Below are positions 8,939 through 20,100 of a stretch of DNA of 64,000 nucleotides, piece by piece; the stretch's first letter is position 1; every line of letters begins with the position of its first letter. Origin of the DNA: an uncultured Ignavibacteria bacterium (GTDB taxonomy: Bacteria > Bacteroidota > Ignavibacteria > SZUA-365); NCBI GenBank assembly GCA_913061095.1, contig CAJXVM010000022.1, positions 7,845 through 71,844 of the forward strand, written 5' to 3'. The notes under the pieces were generated by a model. That model ran no database searches and was not told where the DNA came from. It worked only from the letters and a program-made list of their open reading frames with translations. A program made the translations under genes and the position numbers.

Positions 8939-11080
8939 ATGACAGACAAGCACGAGCAGGAGCACGAGCACGATGCTCACGACACGTCATCCCGACTAGG
9001 CCGAAGCGAGGACGCTGGCAAAGAGAGTGGATATGCAGAGGCCGTATCGAGGGACGGCGGCCACGATCACGACGGCGGCCACGATCACGACGGCGGCCAC
9101 GATCACGACGGCGGCCAAGACCACCAGTCGCATCACGCGCACATGGCACGGGATTTCCGGCTGCGCTTTTTCATTTCGCTGGGACTGACGCTTCCCATCC
9201 TCTTCCTCGCGCCGATGATACGCGAGTTTCTCGGTCTCGGCGCGCTGACCTTCACGGGCGACCGCTACGTGCTGTTCGGTCTCTCCACCATCGTGTATTT
9301 CTACGGCGGCTGGCCCTTCCTGAAGGGACTCTACGACGAAATGCGCGAACTGAATCCGGGCATGATGACGCTCATCGGACTCGCGGTGACCGTGGCCTGG
9401 GTGTACAGCAGCGCCGTGGCGTTCGGACTCGAGGGACGCACCTTTTTCTGGGAGCTGGCGACGCTGATCGATATCATGCTGCTCGGTCACTGGATCGAAA
9501 TGCGATCGGTCATGGGCGCCTCCCGCGCGCTGGAAGAACTGGTCAAGCTCATGCCCTCCGAGGCGCATCGCATCACCGACGGCGGCGACACCGAGGATGT
9601 GCGCATCGATGAGCTCGAAAAAGGCGACGTCGTGCTGGTCAAGCCCGGTGAGAAAATTCCCGGCGACGGCAGCGTGGTCGAAGGACACAGCGCGGTGGAT
9701 GAGTCGATGATCACCGGAGAGTCCGTTCCCGTCGAAAAACAGGAAGATGACGACGTCATCGGCGGATCGGTCAACGGCGACTCCTCGCTGAAAGTGCGCA
9801 TCAGCAAAACCGGGGAGGATTCCTACCTGTCGCAGGTGGTCGAACTCGTGCGCAGTGCGCAGGAGAGCAAGTCGCGCGCCCAGTCGCTCGCCGACCGCGC
9901 CGCGAAATGGCTGACCATCATCGCGATCAGCGCGGGACTCATCACGCTGGCCGCCTGGTGGCTGGCCGCCGGCAGCACTTTCGTGTTCTCGCTCGAACGC
10001 ATGGTCACCGTGATGGTCATCACCTGTCCCCACGCGCTCGGACTCGCCGTGCCGCTGGTCGTCGCCGTGAGCACGGCGCTCTCGGCGCGCAACGGACTGC
10101 TGCTGCGCGACCGCCGCGGCTTCGAACGCGCCCGGGAAGTCAGCGCCATTCTCTTCGACAAGACCGGCACGCTCACCGAAGGCAGCTTTGGCGTTTCGAA
10201 TGTCGTGCTGTTCGATGACGGCATGGACCGCGACGAACTCATCCGCATCGCCGCGGCCGTGGAGTCGGAGAGCGAGCATCCCATCGCGCGCGCGATTGCC
10301 GAGGAAGCGGAAGAGCATCCGTCCGTGAAGGATTTCTCCGCCATTCCGGGCAAGGGCGCAAAGGGTGTGGTGGATGGAAAGGACGTGCTCGTCGTCAGCC
10401 GCGGTTACATGAAGGAGAACGACATCGCGTATGACGCCGACGCGGTCAGTGAGGATGCCGATGCCGGCAAGACACTGGCGTTTGTCGTTATCGACAACGA
10501 GGCGAAGGGCATGATCGCACTTGCCGACCGCATCCGCGAGGAGAGCCGGGAGGCCATCGCGAAACTGAAAAACATGGGCATCGAATGCCGCATGCTCACG
10601 GGCGACAACGAGAAAGTCGCCGAGTGGGTCGCCGGTGAACTGGAGCTCGATGAATTTTACGCGGACGTCCTTCCCGACGAGAAGGCGGACATCGTCAAGA
10701 AAGTGCAGGATGAAGGTCACGTGGTGGCGATGACGGGCGACGGTGTCAATGACGCGCCCGCGCTGGCCACCGCGGATGTCGGCATCGCCATTGGTTCGGG
10801 AACCGACGTCGCCGCCGAGACCGCGGATGTGATCCTCGTCAACAGCAGTCCGATGGATGTCGAGCGCGTGATCGCCTTCTCGAAGGCCACGCACAAAAAG
10901 ATGATTCAGAATCTTTTCTGGGCGACGGGATACAACGTCTTCGCAATCCCGCTCGCGGCCGGCGTGCTCGCGTGGACGGGCATCCTGCTGAGTCCAGCCG
11001 TGGGTGCGGTCCTGATGTCCATGAGCACCGTCATCGTCGCCATCAATGCGCGCTTCCTTTCCGTGGATGAATCGGAGTGA
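8939..11080 (+). CDS. copB: Heavy-metal (copper) translocating P1B-type ATPase, CopB-like
   Basis: His-rich N-terminus (GGHDHD x3), CPH transmembrane motif ([12 protein letters not shown]), DKTGTLT phosphorylation site, [12 protein letters not shown] hinge. GAGGTG ribosome-binding site 8 nt upstream of the ATG at 8939; the ORF-track start at 8897 is probably too far upstream. Confidence 0.85.
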   Translation: MTDKHEQEHEHDAHDTSSRLGRSEDAGKESGYAEAVSRDGGHDHDGGHDHDGGHDHDGGQDHQSHHAHMARDFRLRFFISLGLTLPILFLAPMIREFLGLGALTFTGDRYVLFGLSTIVYFYGGWPFLKGLYDEMRELNPGMMTLIGLAVTVAWVYSSAVAFGLEGRTFFWELATLIDIMLLGHWIEMRSVMGASRALEELVKLMPSEAHRITDGGDTEDVRIDELEKGDVVLVKPGEKIPGDGSVVEGHSAVDESMITGESVPVEKQEDDDVIGGSVNGDSSLKVRISKTGEDSYLSQVVELVRSAQESKSRAQSLADRAAKWLTIIAISAGLITLAAWWLAAGSTFVFSLERMVTVMVITCPHALGLAVPLVVAVSTALSARNGLLLRDRRGFERAREVSAILFDKTGTLTEGSFGVSNVVLFDDGMDRDELIRIAAAVESESEHPIARAIAEEAEEHPSVKDFSAIPGKGAKGVVDGKDVLVVSRGYMKENDIAYDADAVSEDADAGKTLAFVVIDNEAKGMIALADRIREESREAIAKLKNMGIECRMLTGDNEKVAEWVAGELELDEFYADVLPDEKADIVKKVQDEGHVVAMTGDGVNDAPALATADVGIAIGSGTDVAAETADVILVNSSPMDVERVIAFSKATHKKMIQNLFWATGYNVFAIPLAAGVLAWTGILLSPAVGAVLMSMSTVIVAINARFLSVDESE

Positions 11081-11149
11081 ACTGCAGCAGCCGCTGACAT
11101 CGCCGATTAAAGAGTTACATCAGCGTGACAACATCAGCACTCGTGTCGA

Positions 11150-11205
11150 TCAGCGTGAACCGCTGGCGTGAACCGTTGGCGTGAACCGCCGGCGTGAACC
11201 GCCAG
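11150..11205. repeat. Four copies of a 13-bp tandem repeat GGCGTGAACCGNN
   Basis: gcgtgaaccgctg gcgtgaaccgttg gcgtgaaccgccg gcgtgaaccgcca, lying between the convergent ends of copB and the DUF5686 gene. Confidence 0.7.
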
Positions 11206-11212
11206 GTTGGCC

Positions 11213-13789
11213 TTACTCGGAAATCGACAGACCGATGAAGAAATCCGAGCGGCTGCCGAGATGGGTAAGGCGGTGGCCGATGTCGATGCGCATGATGCCG
11301 AAAAGACGGTCGATGGAAAGCCCGGCTTCGATCAGCGGACGCCGGGCCTCGCCGATCCCGCGCGTGAGCAGCGCGGACGTGCCCGGACGCATGCGCGTCC
11401 ATCCCGCCATGGCGAACAGGTGCAGCTCCCACATCTCTGCCGCGTAGAATTTCCCATCCGGCAGTCCCAGCCACAGCAGCGGGAGTCTCCCCACATTGTG
11501 ATCGAGCGCGAGGACGGCGCGCTCGTCACCGGCGAATTCCCCGATGCGTGAGGTGCGGAAACGCCAGGACGTCGAGACTCCGAACTCACTGCCGGGGAGG
11601 GTGAGGAGTCCCTGCACGGGCAGGTGACCGGTCGAGCGCGCCCAGGAGAGCTGATAGCTGGCCGTTCCGAACATGCCGAGGCCGATCGCGCCGGAGAGCG
11701 AGGCCTCAGGGATCCACACATCCCAGCGGCCGACGTCGAGATCCATGCGGCGGAATTCCGCGCCGAGCGAAGGGACGAAATGCGAGGGCTTCCTCTTCGG
11801 TCGCTTCACGCGGCCGGCATCCAGCGTGCGCGAACGGAAATCCCCGCTGAGCGACAGCCGCGCCGAGAGCACGGCGCCATCCTGCACCGGGGCATTCTCG
11901 CGGTAGGCTCCGTCACCGAACAGCCGCCAGTCCGTGTGTTTTTCCGCCGATGCGAAATCCGTCCATCCCCCGCCCAGCTCCGTTTTCAGCCAGGGCAGGA
12001 CGTGGGTGCTGACATCCATCCCGCCGCCGCGGCGGTAGAAATAATCCCGTTCGTCATAACCGCCCATGATCGTCGCGGAGGTCGCCAGCGCCTCCCCGTA
12101 GAGCATGTCGTCGCGGTACAGCGGTGAGAGATCATGGTACGCATCGAGTGAGAGGAACAGCGCCTCGCGTCCCCCGAGCCGGAAGCGCGCCGAAGCGGAC
12201 GTCTTCAGGCGGCGGTCGAGGAAGCCGTAACCGAGTTCCGCGGCGTAACGCCGGACGATGCCGTCCTTGTTCTCGCTGGCATAGGGGATGGACGGCGCGA
12301 AGCCTTCCACGCGATTGAAGCGCAGTGCGTCGATGATGCCGGGGACATCCCAGAGCATGGATTCACGTTCGAATTGCTTTCCAGCGATAGCCGCTCTGGG
12401 TCCGTATTGCATTTTTTTCTGCGCCTCGATCGCGGCCATGCTGTCGGAGATGTGGTAGATTTCAGCATCCACCAATGAAGGCGGCTGCAGGCTGCGACGT
12501 TCCCAGTCCTCAGGCGAGATGTGATCCGCTTCGGGCAATACTTCAACGCGATAGTCGTCGAAGACGCTGTCTATGCCCGGGGGATTGATTTGATAGTCGG
12601 CGATGACCGAGGTGATTTCCATCGAGAGCCAGACCTCCATCCCCATCATATTGAGTTTCCCCTGCACATGCGCATGGCCAGTGCTCGGCAGCCAGTACCG
12701 TCGGTCGTACAGGCTGAATTGCTGGAGGAAACGGATATGGCTGGCAATGGGAAGCGCTCGTGCCCGCGCGGCCGGATTGAACTCCAGCTCCACCTGTGTG
12801 ACCGACCAGGTGGAATCCTCTATATAATAGTAGGCGGAAACGCCGGGCGTCATATCCGATTTCGGCAGCACACGGATGCGCCAGATGTCCTGCCGATCGC
12901 CTTCCGCAACCCCCGCGACACTGTACCAGTAGACATCCTCGAGTCCCTCTTCCGAAATCGGTCCGGGCAGCGCGTACTCGGCATTCCCCAGCCGGATTTC
13001 CTCCCGGGAAAAATCCGCACGCGCAAAAGCGCTGTGCATGCGGTTGCCAAGTTCGTTGAAGAGGTCGGACTGCTGCCGCGCATGAATGAGCACCTTGTGC
13101 CGATCGGGTCGCTGAAACCACGCCTCCGTCTGTGTTTCGGCGATGTCGAGAAAGGTCGCGCTGAGGCGGTTCACGAGCGCGGTATCCATGTTGCGCGTGC
13201 TGTCGATGCGCGAATACGCCTTGCTGTGCGCACGCATGTGATAGGATGTGAGTTCCCGCTCGCGCTCAATGCGCCGCTGTCGGGCGCGGCGGATGATGAG
13301 GCGCGCGAGGCTGTCGTCGGGCGTCACCGTTACTCCGGGCATGTCGAACGTCCGCGGCTGAAGGTTGAAATCGACACCGGTCATCTCGCCGTGCACGGTG
13401 AGGACGCGTGTGCCGGGACGGTAGCCGATGTAGCTGACGCGCAGGGTCCATGCGCCGGACGGCACGTGAAGGCGGAACGCGCCGTCGCGATTCGTCACCA
13501 CACCGGAGCCGTTTTCCTCAACGAGAATATGCGCGTGTGCCAGCGGTTCGCCGTCCTGCGCATCGCGCACCGTGCCGGTGATGGCCACTTCCTGTGTCTG
13601 TGCCGTGGGCGGGAAGATGAATCCCGCGGCAAAGAGGAGAAGAATCGCGGCGGGAAAAGGCTGACGCGGCAGGAGTCTCGGCAGCGGACGAAAAGGAAAC
13701 GTGGCGAAAAGACGTTGCAATGCGTGCAGGAGCAATGCCGCGAGAGGGAAACGGCCGGTGAAGCAGCGGCGAAGTGAGGATCGTGTCAT
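11213..13789 (-). CDS. DUF5686-family outer-membrane protein with an N-terminal carboxypeptidase-regulatory-like domain
   Basis: 858 aa. The N-terminus, ITGTVRDAQDGEPLAHAHILVEENGSGVVTNRDGAFRLHVPSGAWTLRVSYIGYRP, is a CarbopepD_reg-type β-sandwich. The protein is collinear with the paralog at 35625..38126. Confidence 0.7.
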   Translation of the reverse strand: MTRSSLRRCFTGRFPLAALLLHALQRLFATFPFRPLPRLLPRQPFPAAILLLFAAGFIFPPTAQTQEVAITGTVRDAQDGEPLAHAHILVEENGSGVVTNRDGAFRLHVPSGAWTLRVSYIGYRPGTRVLTVHGEMTGVDFNLQPRTFDMPGVTVTPDDSLARLIIRRARQRRIERERELTSYHMRAHSKAYSRIDSTRNMDTALVNRLSATFLDIAETQTEAWFQRPDRHKVLIHARQQSDLFNELGNRMHSAFARADFSREEIRLGNAEYALPGPISEEGLEDVYWYSVAGVAEGDRQDIWRIRVLPKSDMTPGVSAYYYIEDSTWSVTQVELEFNPAARARALPIASHIRFLQQFSLYDRRYWLPSTGHAHVQGKLNMMGMEVWLSMEITSVIADYQINPPGIDSVFDDYRVEVLPEADHISPEDWERRSLQPPSLVDAEIYHISDSMAAIEAQKKMQYGPRAAIAGKQFERESMLWDVPGIIDALRFNRVEGFAPSIPYASENKDGIVRRYAAELGYGFLDRRLKTSASARFRLGGREALFLSLDAYHDLSPLYRDDMLYGEALATSATIMGGYDERDYFYRRGGGMDVSTHVLPWLKTELGGGWTDFASAEKHTDWRLFGDGAYRENAPVQDGAVLSARLSLSGDFRSRTLDAGRVKRPKRKPSHFVPSLGAEFRRMDLDVGRWDVWIPEASLSGAIGLGMFGTASYQLSWARSTGHLPVQGLLTLPGSEFGVSTSWRFRTSRIGEFAGDERAVLALDHNVGRLPLLWLGLPDGKFYAAEMWELHLFAMAGWTRMRPGTSALLTRGIGEARRPLIEAGLSIDRLFGIMRIDIGHRLTHLGSRSDFFIGLSISE

Positions 13790-13947
13790 GTCGAGACTCG
13801 GGCAAGAGTGGACAGACGGACGTCTGAATATCTAGCAATATTCGTGCCAGCGGGGAAACTACGGTTTTTCTCTGATATTCGTAAGGCCGGCCGCGGGAGA
13901 TGTATGGATTTTGGGACAGGGGGTGGTTCCATGAGAGGACAGATGGT

Positions 13948-14000
13948 AGCGCCGAGCCGCTTCGATTCGCCGAGCCGTTTCGATTCGCCGAGCCGTTGGC
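13948..14000. repeat. Tandem 18-bp repeat with a terminal dyad in a divergent promoter region
   Basis: cgccgagccgcttcgatt cgccgagccgtttcgatt cgccgagccgttggctcggcg; the last copy forms the hairpin CGCCGAGCCG-TTGG-CTCGGCG. Confidence 0.6.
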
Positions 14001-14101
14001 TCGGCGCTACGGGATGCAATTGTATGTGTTTCTGAAATTCTCCGTGAATCTCGCTATCTTGGGAATCCATACGCCATGTATCCCAGACCCGCGGAGTTCG
14101 C

Positions 14102-17100
14102 ATGAGAACCGTGTTCCGATCGACTGCTTCCCTTCTCATCGGCCTGATCTGCTCTTCCGTCATGTTTGCCCAGTCCACCTGGGAACAGCAGCCCACCGCG
14201 CTGCCGTCGAATCCCACCACCTTTGTGCAGGTGGGCGGACTCTGGGGCATCGCGATGACGGATACGGGTACGGGCTTCGCCGCGGGCTATGCCTCTGTGT
14301 CGAACGGCTTCTCGGGTGTGCTGCGCAAGCTGCCGGGAAATCCGACGTGGTTCGTGCTGCCGGCGTCGAGCTTCAGCGGACTCGCGGCGAGCCACAGCCT
14401 GTGGTCCGGCGTGAGCGCGGTCGGCACGCATGCGTGGGTCTGCGGTTCGAACGGCCGCCTGTACAGAACCACGGACAACGGCACCACCTGGAACGCCGCC
14501 ACGACGGGTATGACCGGAACGAACTCGCTGTTCGATGTCTTTTTCAAAAGCCAGACCGAGGGCATGGCGGTCGGCGACGACGGCACGATGTATTACACGT
14601 CGAACGGCGGCGCGAACTGGACAGCACAGACGCTGCCCGGCACCGTGCCCGCCACCACGCGCCTCTATGCCGTACACAGCGCGGGCGCGAACTGGTATGT
14701 CTCCGGTGCCGCGGGAACGTTCATGCGGGGAACGCCTGCGACATCCTCGACGAGCTGGGTGGATCTGAGCGCGAACCTCCCGGCGCTCGGCGACATCGAG
14801 GGCGTGCAATTCCTCGACAACCTGACCGGCACGGTGAGCGGCGCTACGGTCGGCGGCTCGGCCATCTATCGCACGACGAACGGCGGCAGCAGTTTCACGG
14901 CGATCGGCAGCGGACTGCCGACGGGACAGGATTACAAGACGCTGCACTTCTTCACCAGCGCACACGGGTGGACGGGCAACTCCTCCGGTCCGCTCTACGA
15001 AACCACGAACACCGGGCAGAACTGGAATTCCCGCAACACCACGACGCTGCCGAGCCAGAACCTCAGCGGATGGCTGACGCGCGTCGACTTCCCTTCGGCG
15101 GGCATCGGCTATGCCAGCGGCGGCGCGCCGGGCACGTCTTCGCTCGGCTGGATCCTTCGCTACGACACCCCCCTCGTGCCCGATATTTCAAGCACACCGA
15201 CGAGCCTCGACTTCGGTACGGTGGAGTGCGACACGACCACTACCGAGCAGTTTACGATCGAGAACACGGGCACGGCGAACCTGACGATTGCGTCCATCAC
15301 CTTCAGTGCACCGGAGTTCACGCTGGCATCCTCACTGCCAACGCCCATCCCCCCCTCCGGCGGGGCCACGATCTCGGTGCGATGGACACCCGCGCAGGCG
15401 GGATCCATCCCCCCGAACACGACGATGACCATCGCGAGCAACGATCCCTCGAACCCCACCTGGACGGTGGACCTGAGCGGCACCTATAATTTCGGGACCT
15501 TCGGGATCGGCACATCCTACAGCTTCAGCGACGCCTGCGTGGGCGACTCCTCGGATGTCGTCGTGAACGTGACGGTCACAGGCAACCTCTCTCCCGAGCT
15601 GATCAGCTTTCAGCATGTGAGCGGTGACGACAACGTCGAGCTCTCTTCACCCGCGCTGGGGACGACGATCTCGGGATCCACGCAGCTCGTCTTCCGCTTC
15701 AAGCCGTCGAGCGGCGGCGCGATGAACGGCGTGTATCGCCTCGTGTACGGGAATCCGTCCTGTCCGCGTTCGGTGGATATCACCTTCACCGGCACCGCGT
15801 ACAACGCGGCGCTGTCGCTGAATCCCCCCATCGTGGATTTCGGGGATGTCTGCGCCGGGGAGATAAAAACGCTCGAGGTGACCGTGACGAACAACGGCAC
15901 GACCGATGGCGTGATCAGTCTGCGGCAGTTCGCGGGCGGGAAGGACGCCTTTCCGAATATGCACCCGACGCCGTTCGGACCGATTCCGCCCGGGCAGAGC
16001 CGGCAGTACACGGTGCGCTTCGCGCCGGGCACGAATGACACGGGAAACATCGAAGGCATCTACCGGCTGATCGTCGATCCGTGCAAGGACACACTGATGC
16101 TGACGCTGCGCGGACGCGGTGTCAGTCCCGCGGTGAGTTTCATCCCCACGACTGTTCTGGCCATCGGTCCGACCGGCACGGGACAGATCATCGACGAACC
16201 GGTGCAGATCAACAATGACGGGAACAGTGCCGTTACCATCACATCCATCACACTGAATCCACCGCACCCGCGGCTGACGCTGCGGAACCTGCCGGTGCTT
16301 CCGCTTGTGCTGCCGGCCGGGCAGAGCACGTCCGTGACCGTGCGTTTCGCTCCCGACCGGCCGGAGCAGATCACCACGAAGCTCTGCGTTCACTGGAGCG
16401 ACCCGTGTGCAGACAGTTCCTGCCTCGCCGTGGGTGCGACCAGCGGCGAGTCGCCCGCCATCGCAGTGGACACGGTACATGACGTGGGGATTCAGCGCTG
16501 TGCGACCCCGCTTCTGGACACCCTGATGGTGTACAACACGGGCAAGGGCACGCTGACACTGCGCGGCTTTTCGCTGGGCGGCGCGAATCCCGCGCATTTC
16601 AGTGTCGTGTCGCCGTCGGTGCCGCATGCCGTCAATCCCGGCGATTCCGTCGCCGTGGTACTGTCGTATGACGCACCGGCGAACGGCAGCAGTTCCGCCG
16701 TACTGACGATCGAACACAACGATGCGAATGCAGGGCTGCTGACCGACGTCGCGCTCACCGGCGAGCGGCGCACCGTGCGGTTTGCGGTCGAGGGAGATAC
16801 GACAACGGCCTACGTCTCCTGTGCGCATGTCGGGAAAACCCGCACGCTGAGTATCCGCAATCAGGATCCGGATCCGCTGGAGATTCGGGATATCAGCGTG
16901 ATCGACGGCTCTGATGTTTTCCATGTCGCCAGCACACCGCTGCCCGCCTCGGTGCCGGGGGGATCGGCGCTGAGTTTCGAGGTCAATTTCACGCCCACGG
17001 GGAAAGGGATATTCACGGGAGTGCTGCGCATCACGGCGGGACCATGTCCCGACACGTACCTCGTGGCACTGCGTGGCGAGGGAAATATCACCGAGCTGTC

Positions 17101-20100
17101 GTTCTCGCCGAGTCCCGTCGATTTCGGCGCGGTGATGATCGGGAGTCCGGCGACGCGCACGGTGCGCGTCGGCAATACCGGCAGTGCCCCGCTGCGGATC
17201 ACCGGCGCGTTTCTGCAGGCGGGCGCTATCGGTATGAGCATCCTTTCCCCGCCGGCCTATCCGGTCACGGTGGGCGGCGGACAGTTCCAGGAATTCACGC
17301 TTCGCTTCGATCCGGCGTCGGTGCAGACCGTGCTGTCGAGCTTCTGTGTGACCGTCGAGGCGCCCTGTCCGGATACCCTGTGTGTAAACGTGAGCGGACG
17401 CGGGGCCTCCACCGGCGTCGGACTCACGCGCACGAGCATCGAGTATCAGCTCGATCCCTGCTCAGCGGACGAGCGCTGTGATTCGGTGCGCATTGTCAAC
17501 AACGCCGGTCAGAATGTGGAAATCCGCGATGTACGCATCGAACCGCCGGGCGGGTTCCGTATCGAGATGGCGCGCACGCCGCCCTTCACACTGAACAGCG
17601 GTGTGTCGGCGGATGTGCGCATCTGTGCGATCGGGGATTTCACCGGCAGCCGCACCGCCGGCCTGGTCGTCGAGAGCGACGATCCCAACACGCCGCTGCT
17701 TCGCATGCCGCTCACCGCGCGGCGGGATTCATCGGGCTTTGTCCTTGCGGAGGACAGCCTCGATTTCGGCGCCATTGCGGACTGCCAGATCGGCGTCTCG
17801 CGGCTGGTGACGCTGACAAACACCGGCACGCTGGCGGAGTTCATCGATACGCTGCGCGGCTCGGATGCCTTCCTCGTGACGACGAATCTGCCCGTCGCGG
17901 TGCAGGCCAGCGGACTGACACAGGTGCGCATCACCTTTGATCCCCCCGGCTACGGGGTGTTTACCGACACGCTGTATTTCACCAGCGCCCGCTGCGGCAT
18001 GCGTATGCCGATGATCGTGCGCGGCGCGTACCATGAGACCAATTATTCTGTTTCACCCGATCCGCTTGCGTTTGGTGACCTCGCAGTTGGCAGCAGCGAT
18101 ACGCGGAACCTGACGCTGGAGAATCTGCATCTCCCGAGCGTGCGCATCGCTGATGTGCGCATCGAGCCCGTGGGAACGGCCTTCGCCTCGTGGGGGGCGT
18201 ATCCGAAGACAGTCTCCGCCGGTAACGCCACTGATCTGCCAATTCTCTTTAATCCGCAGGTACCCGGTACGCACAGCGCCACGGCGTGCATCATCATCGA
18301 TTTGCCCTGCCGTGATACTATCTGTGTGGATCTGACAGGCGGCACTTCCGAGGCGCTGATCACGGCCGATCCCGACACGCTGCGCTTCGGCGACGTGGCG
18401 CAGTGTGCGGAACTGCGCGACACGGTGCTGATCCGAAACAACGGCAATGACCCCGTGACCCTGACCGCGGCACAGCTCAGCGGCGCGGATGCGGCACTGT
18501 TCCTTCTGGTCAATCCACTCACATCCCCCGTGACTCTTGCCGCGCAGGAGGGGCACGCATTCGTCGTGCAGACCGTCACCGTCACCGCACCGGCCGACGG
18601 TGCGAAGCAGGCGGAACTGCTGGTGGAAACAGATAACAGCTCGCAATCGGAATTGCGCATTCCTGTCGTCATGCAGCGGGTGACGCTGCAGATGCCTGAT
18701 GACGTTGTGGTGGACTTCGGTCCGGTGCTCGTCGGCGGTCAGTATCCCCGCACGCTGCAGTTCCTCAATGCCGGTTCTCAGCGCATCGATTTCCGTACGG
18801 CAGACCTTCCCATCGATCTGCAGCTCGACACGCCGCTCCCGCTCGTGGTTGATCCGGGTATGCGGGGCAGTATCGATATCGTCTTCGCACCCACGGCCGC
18901 CGGCGCATACCTCGACACGCTTATTCTCAGACACATCGGTCAGTGCGAGGCAGAATTTCGCATCATCATTCGCGCGAACGTGCGCGAAAGCATCAGCGCG
19001 GACAATCTGGATTTCGGCGTCGTGCCGAATTGCCGCTCATCCCGCACCGTGACCAGTATTCTGAACAGTCTCGATGAGGATGTGACGATTGCTGCCGTGC
19101 GCATTGAGGGATCGGATGCGTCATTCTTCCGCATACTTCAGCCGGCGGATTTTCCCGTTTCGATTGCATCCGGCAATACGCTCACGGTGGAGGCGGAACT
19201 GACGCCGGCTGTGCCATCCGCCCGCATCTACACAGCCGAGGCGGTGTTCACGATACCGTTCGGACAGGAGACGCGGGAATTCCGTATCCCGATGACCGGC
19301 GAGAGCAGCGACATCGCGCTGACGCCGGCCACCGCGACGGATTTCGGCGACATCACGATCGAGAGCGTGTCCATGCCGCTGACGCTGACCCTGCGCAACG
19401 AGCATCCGTTCCCGGTCCGGGTCACCGACATCTCCGCCAGTCCGCAGGAATTCGCTGTCGGGTCCGTCACCCCTCCGCTGCCGGCGGATGTGGCGCCCGG
19501 GGCAGCGCTTCTTGTTGACGTCACATTTGCGCCGACACAGGTGGGCGATGTCACCGGCGCGCTCACGCTCGTGTACAGCGAGCCCTGTGAGCAGACGAGC
19601 GACATCTTGCTCAGAGGACGCGGCGTCGATGACCGCCTGCGAACGGGACTGCGCATCGAAGCGCATGAGGGCCGCGTTGACGACATCATTGACGTGCCGA
19701 TTCTGCTGACCGGGAGTCTCGGTGGGGCCGACGTGCGATCCTGGCAGGGTGGCATCCGCTTCAACCGAACGATGCTCTATCCGCTCGAGCTGATCGGTGA
19801 GGGGACACTGTCCTCTGACATGTCTCTCGAAATGACATGGGACGGCGCTGAGGGCGTCCTGTCAATCTCCGGTTCCGGTGGAGCCCTGCAGGCCGGGGCC
19901 GGCGCACTTTCCATCGTGCGCTTCCAGGTGCTCGTCGGCGATGCGCTGAACACCGCCCTTCAGATCGATCCCGGTTTCGCGTTCACCAGCGGGCGCGCCA
20001 TGGTTGAATCCCGCACTGACGGCAGCTTCACACTCATTGATTTCTGTGACGCCGACGGCGTGCGGCTCGTGCGCCCGCAGCCCGTTGCAAAGCTGACCGC

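Noticed and set aside
8996-10894. 632-aa minus-strand ORF inside copB
   Set aside because: Antisense to a P-type ATPase with all canonical motifs on the plus strand.
12521-13777. 418-aa plus-strand ORF inside the DUF5686 gene
   Set aside because: Antisense; the minus-strand frame carries the recognisable CarbopepD_reg N-terminus.
15647-18934. Several 200-425-aa minus-strand ORFs inside the first giant gene
   Set aside because: Antisense to a continuous 2083-aa frame with repeated domain structure; Arg-rich composition.
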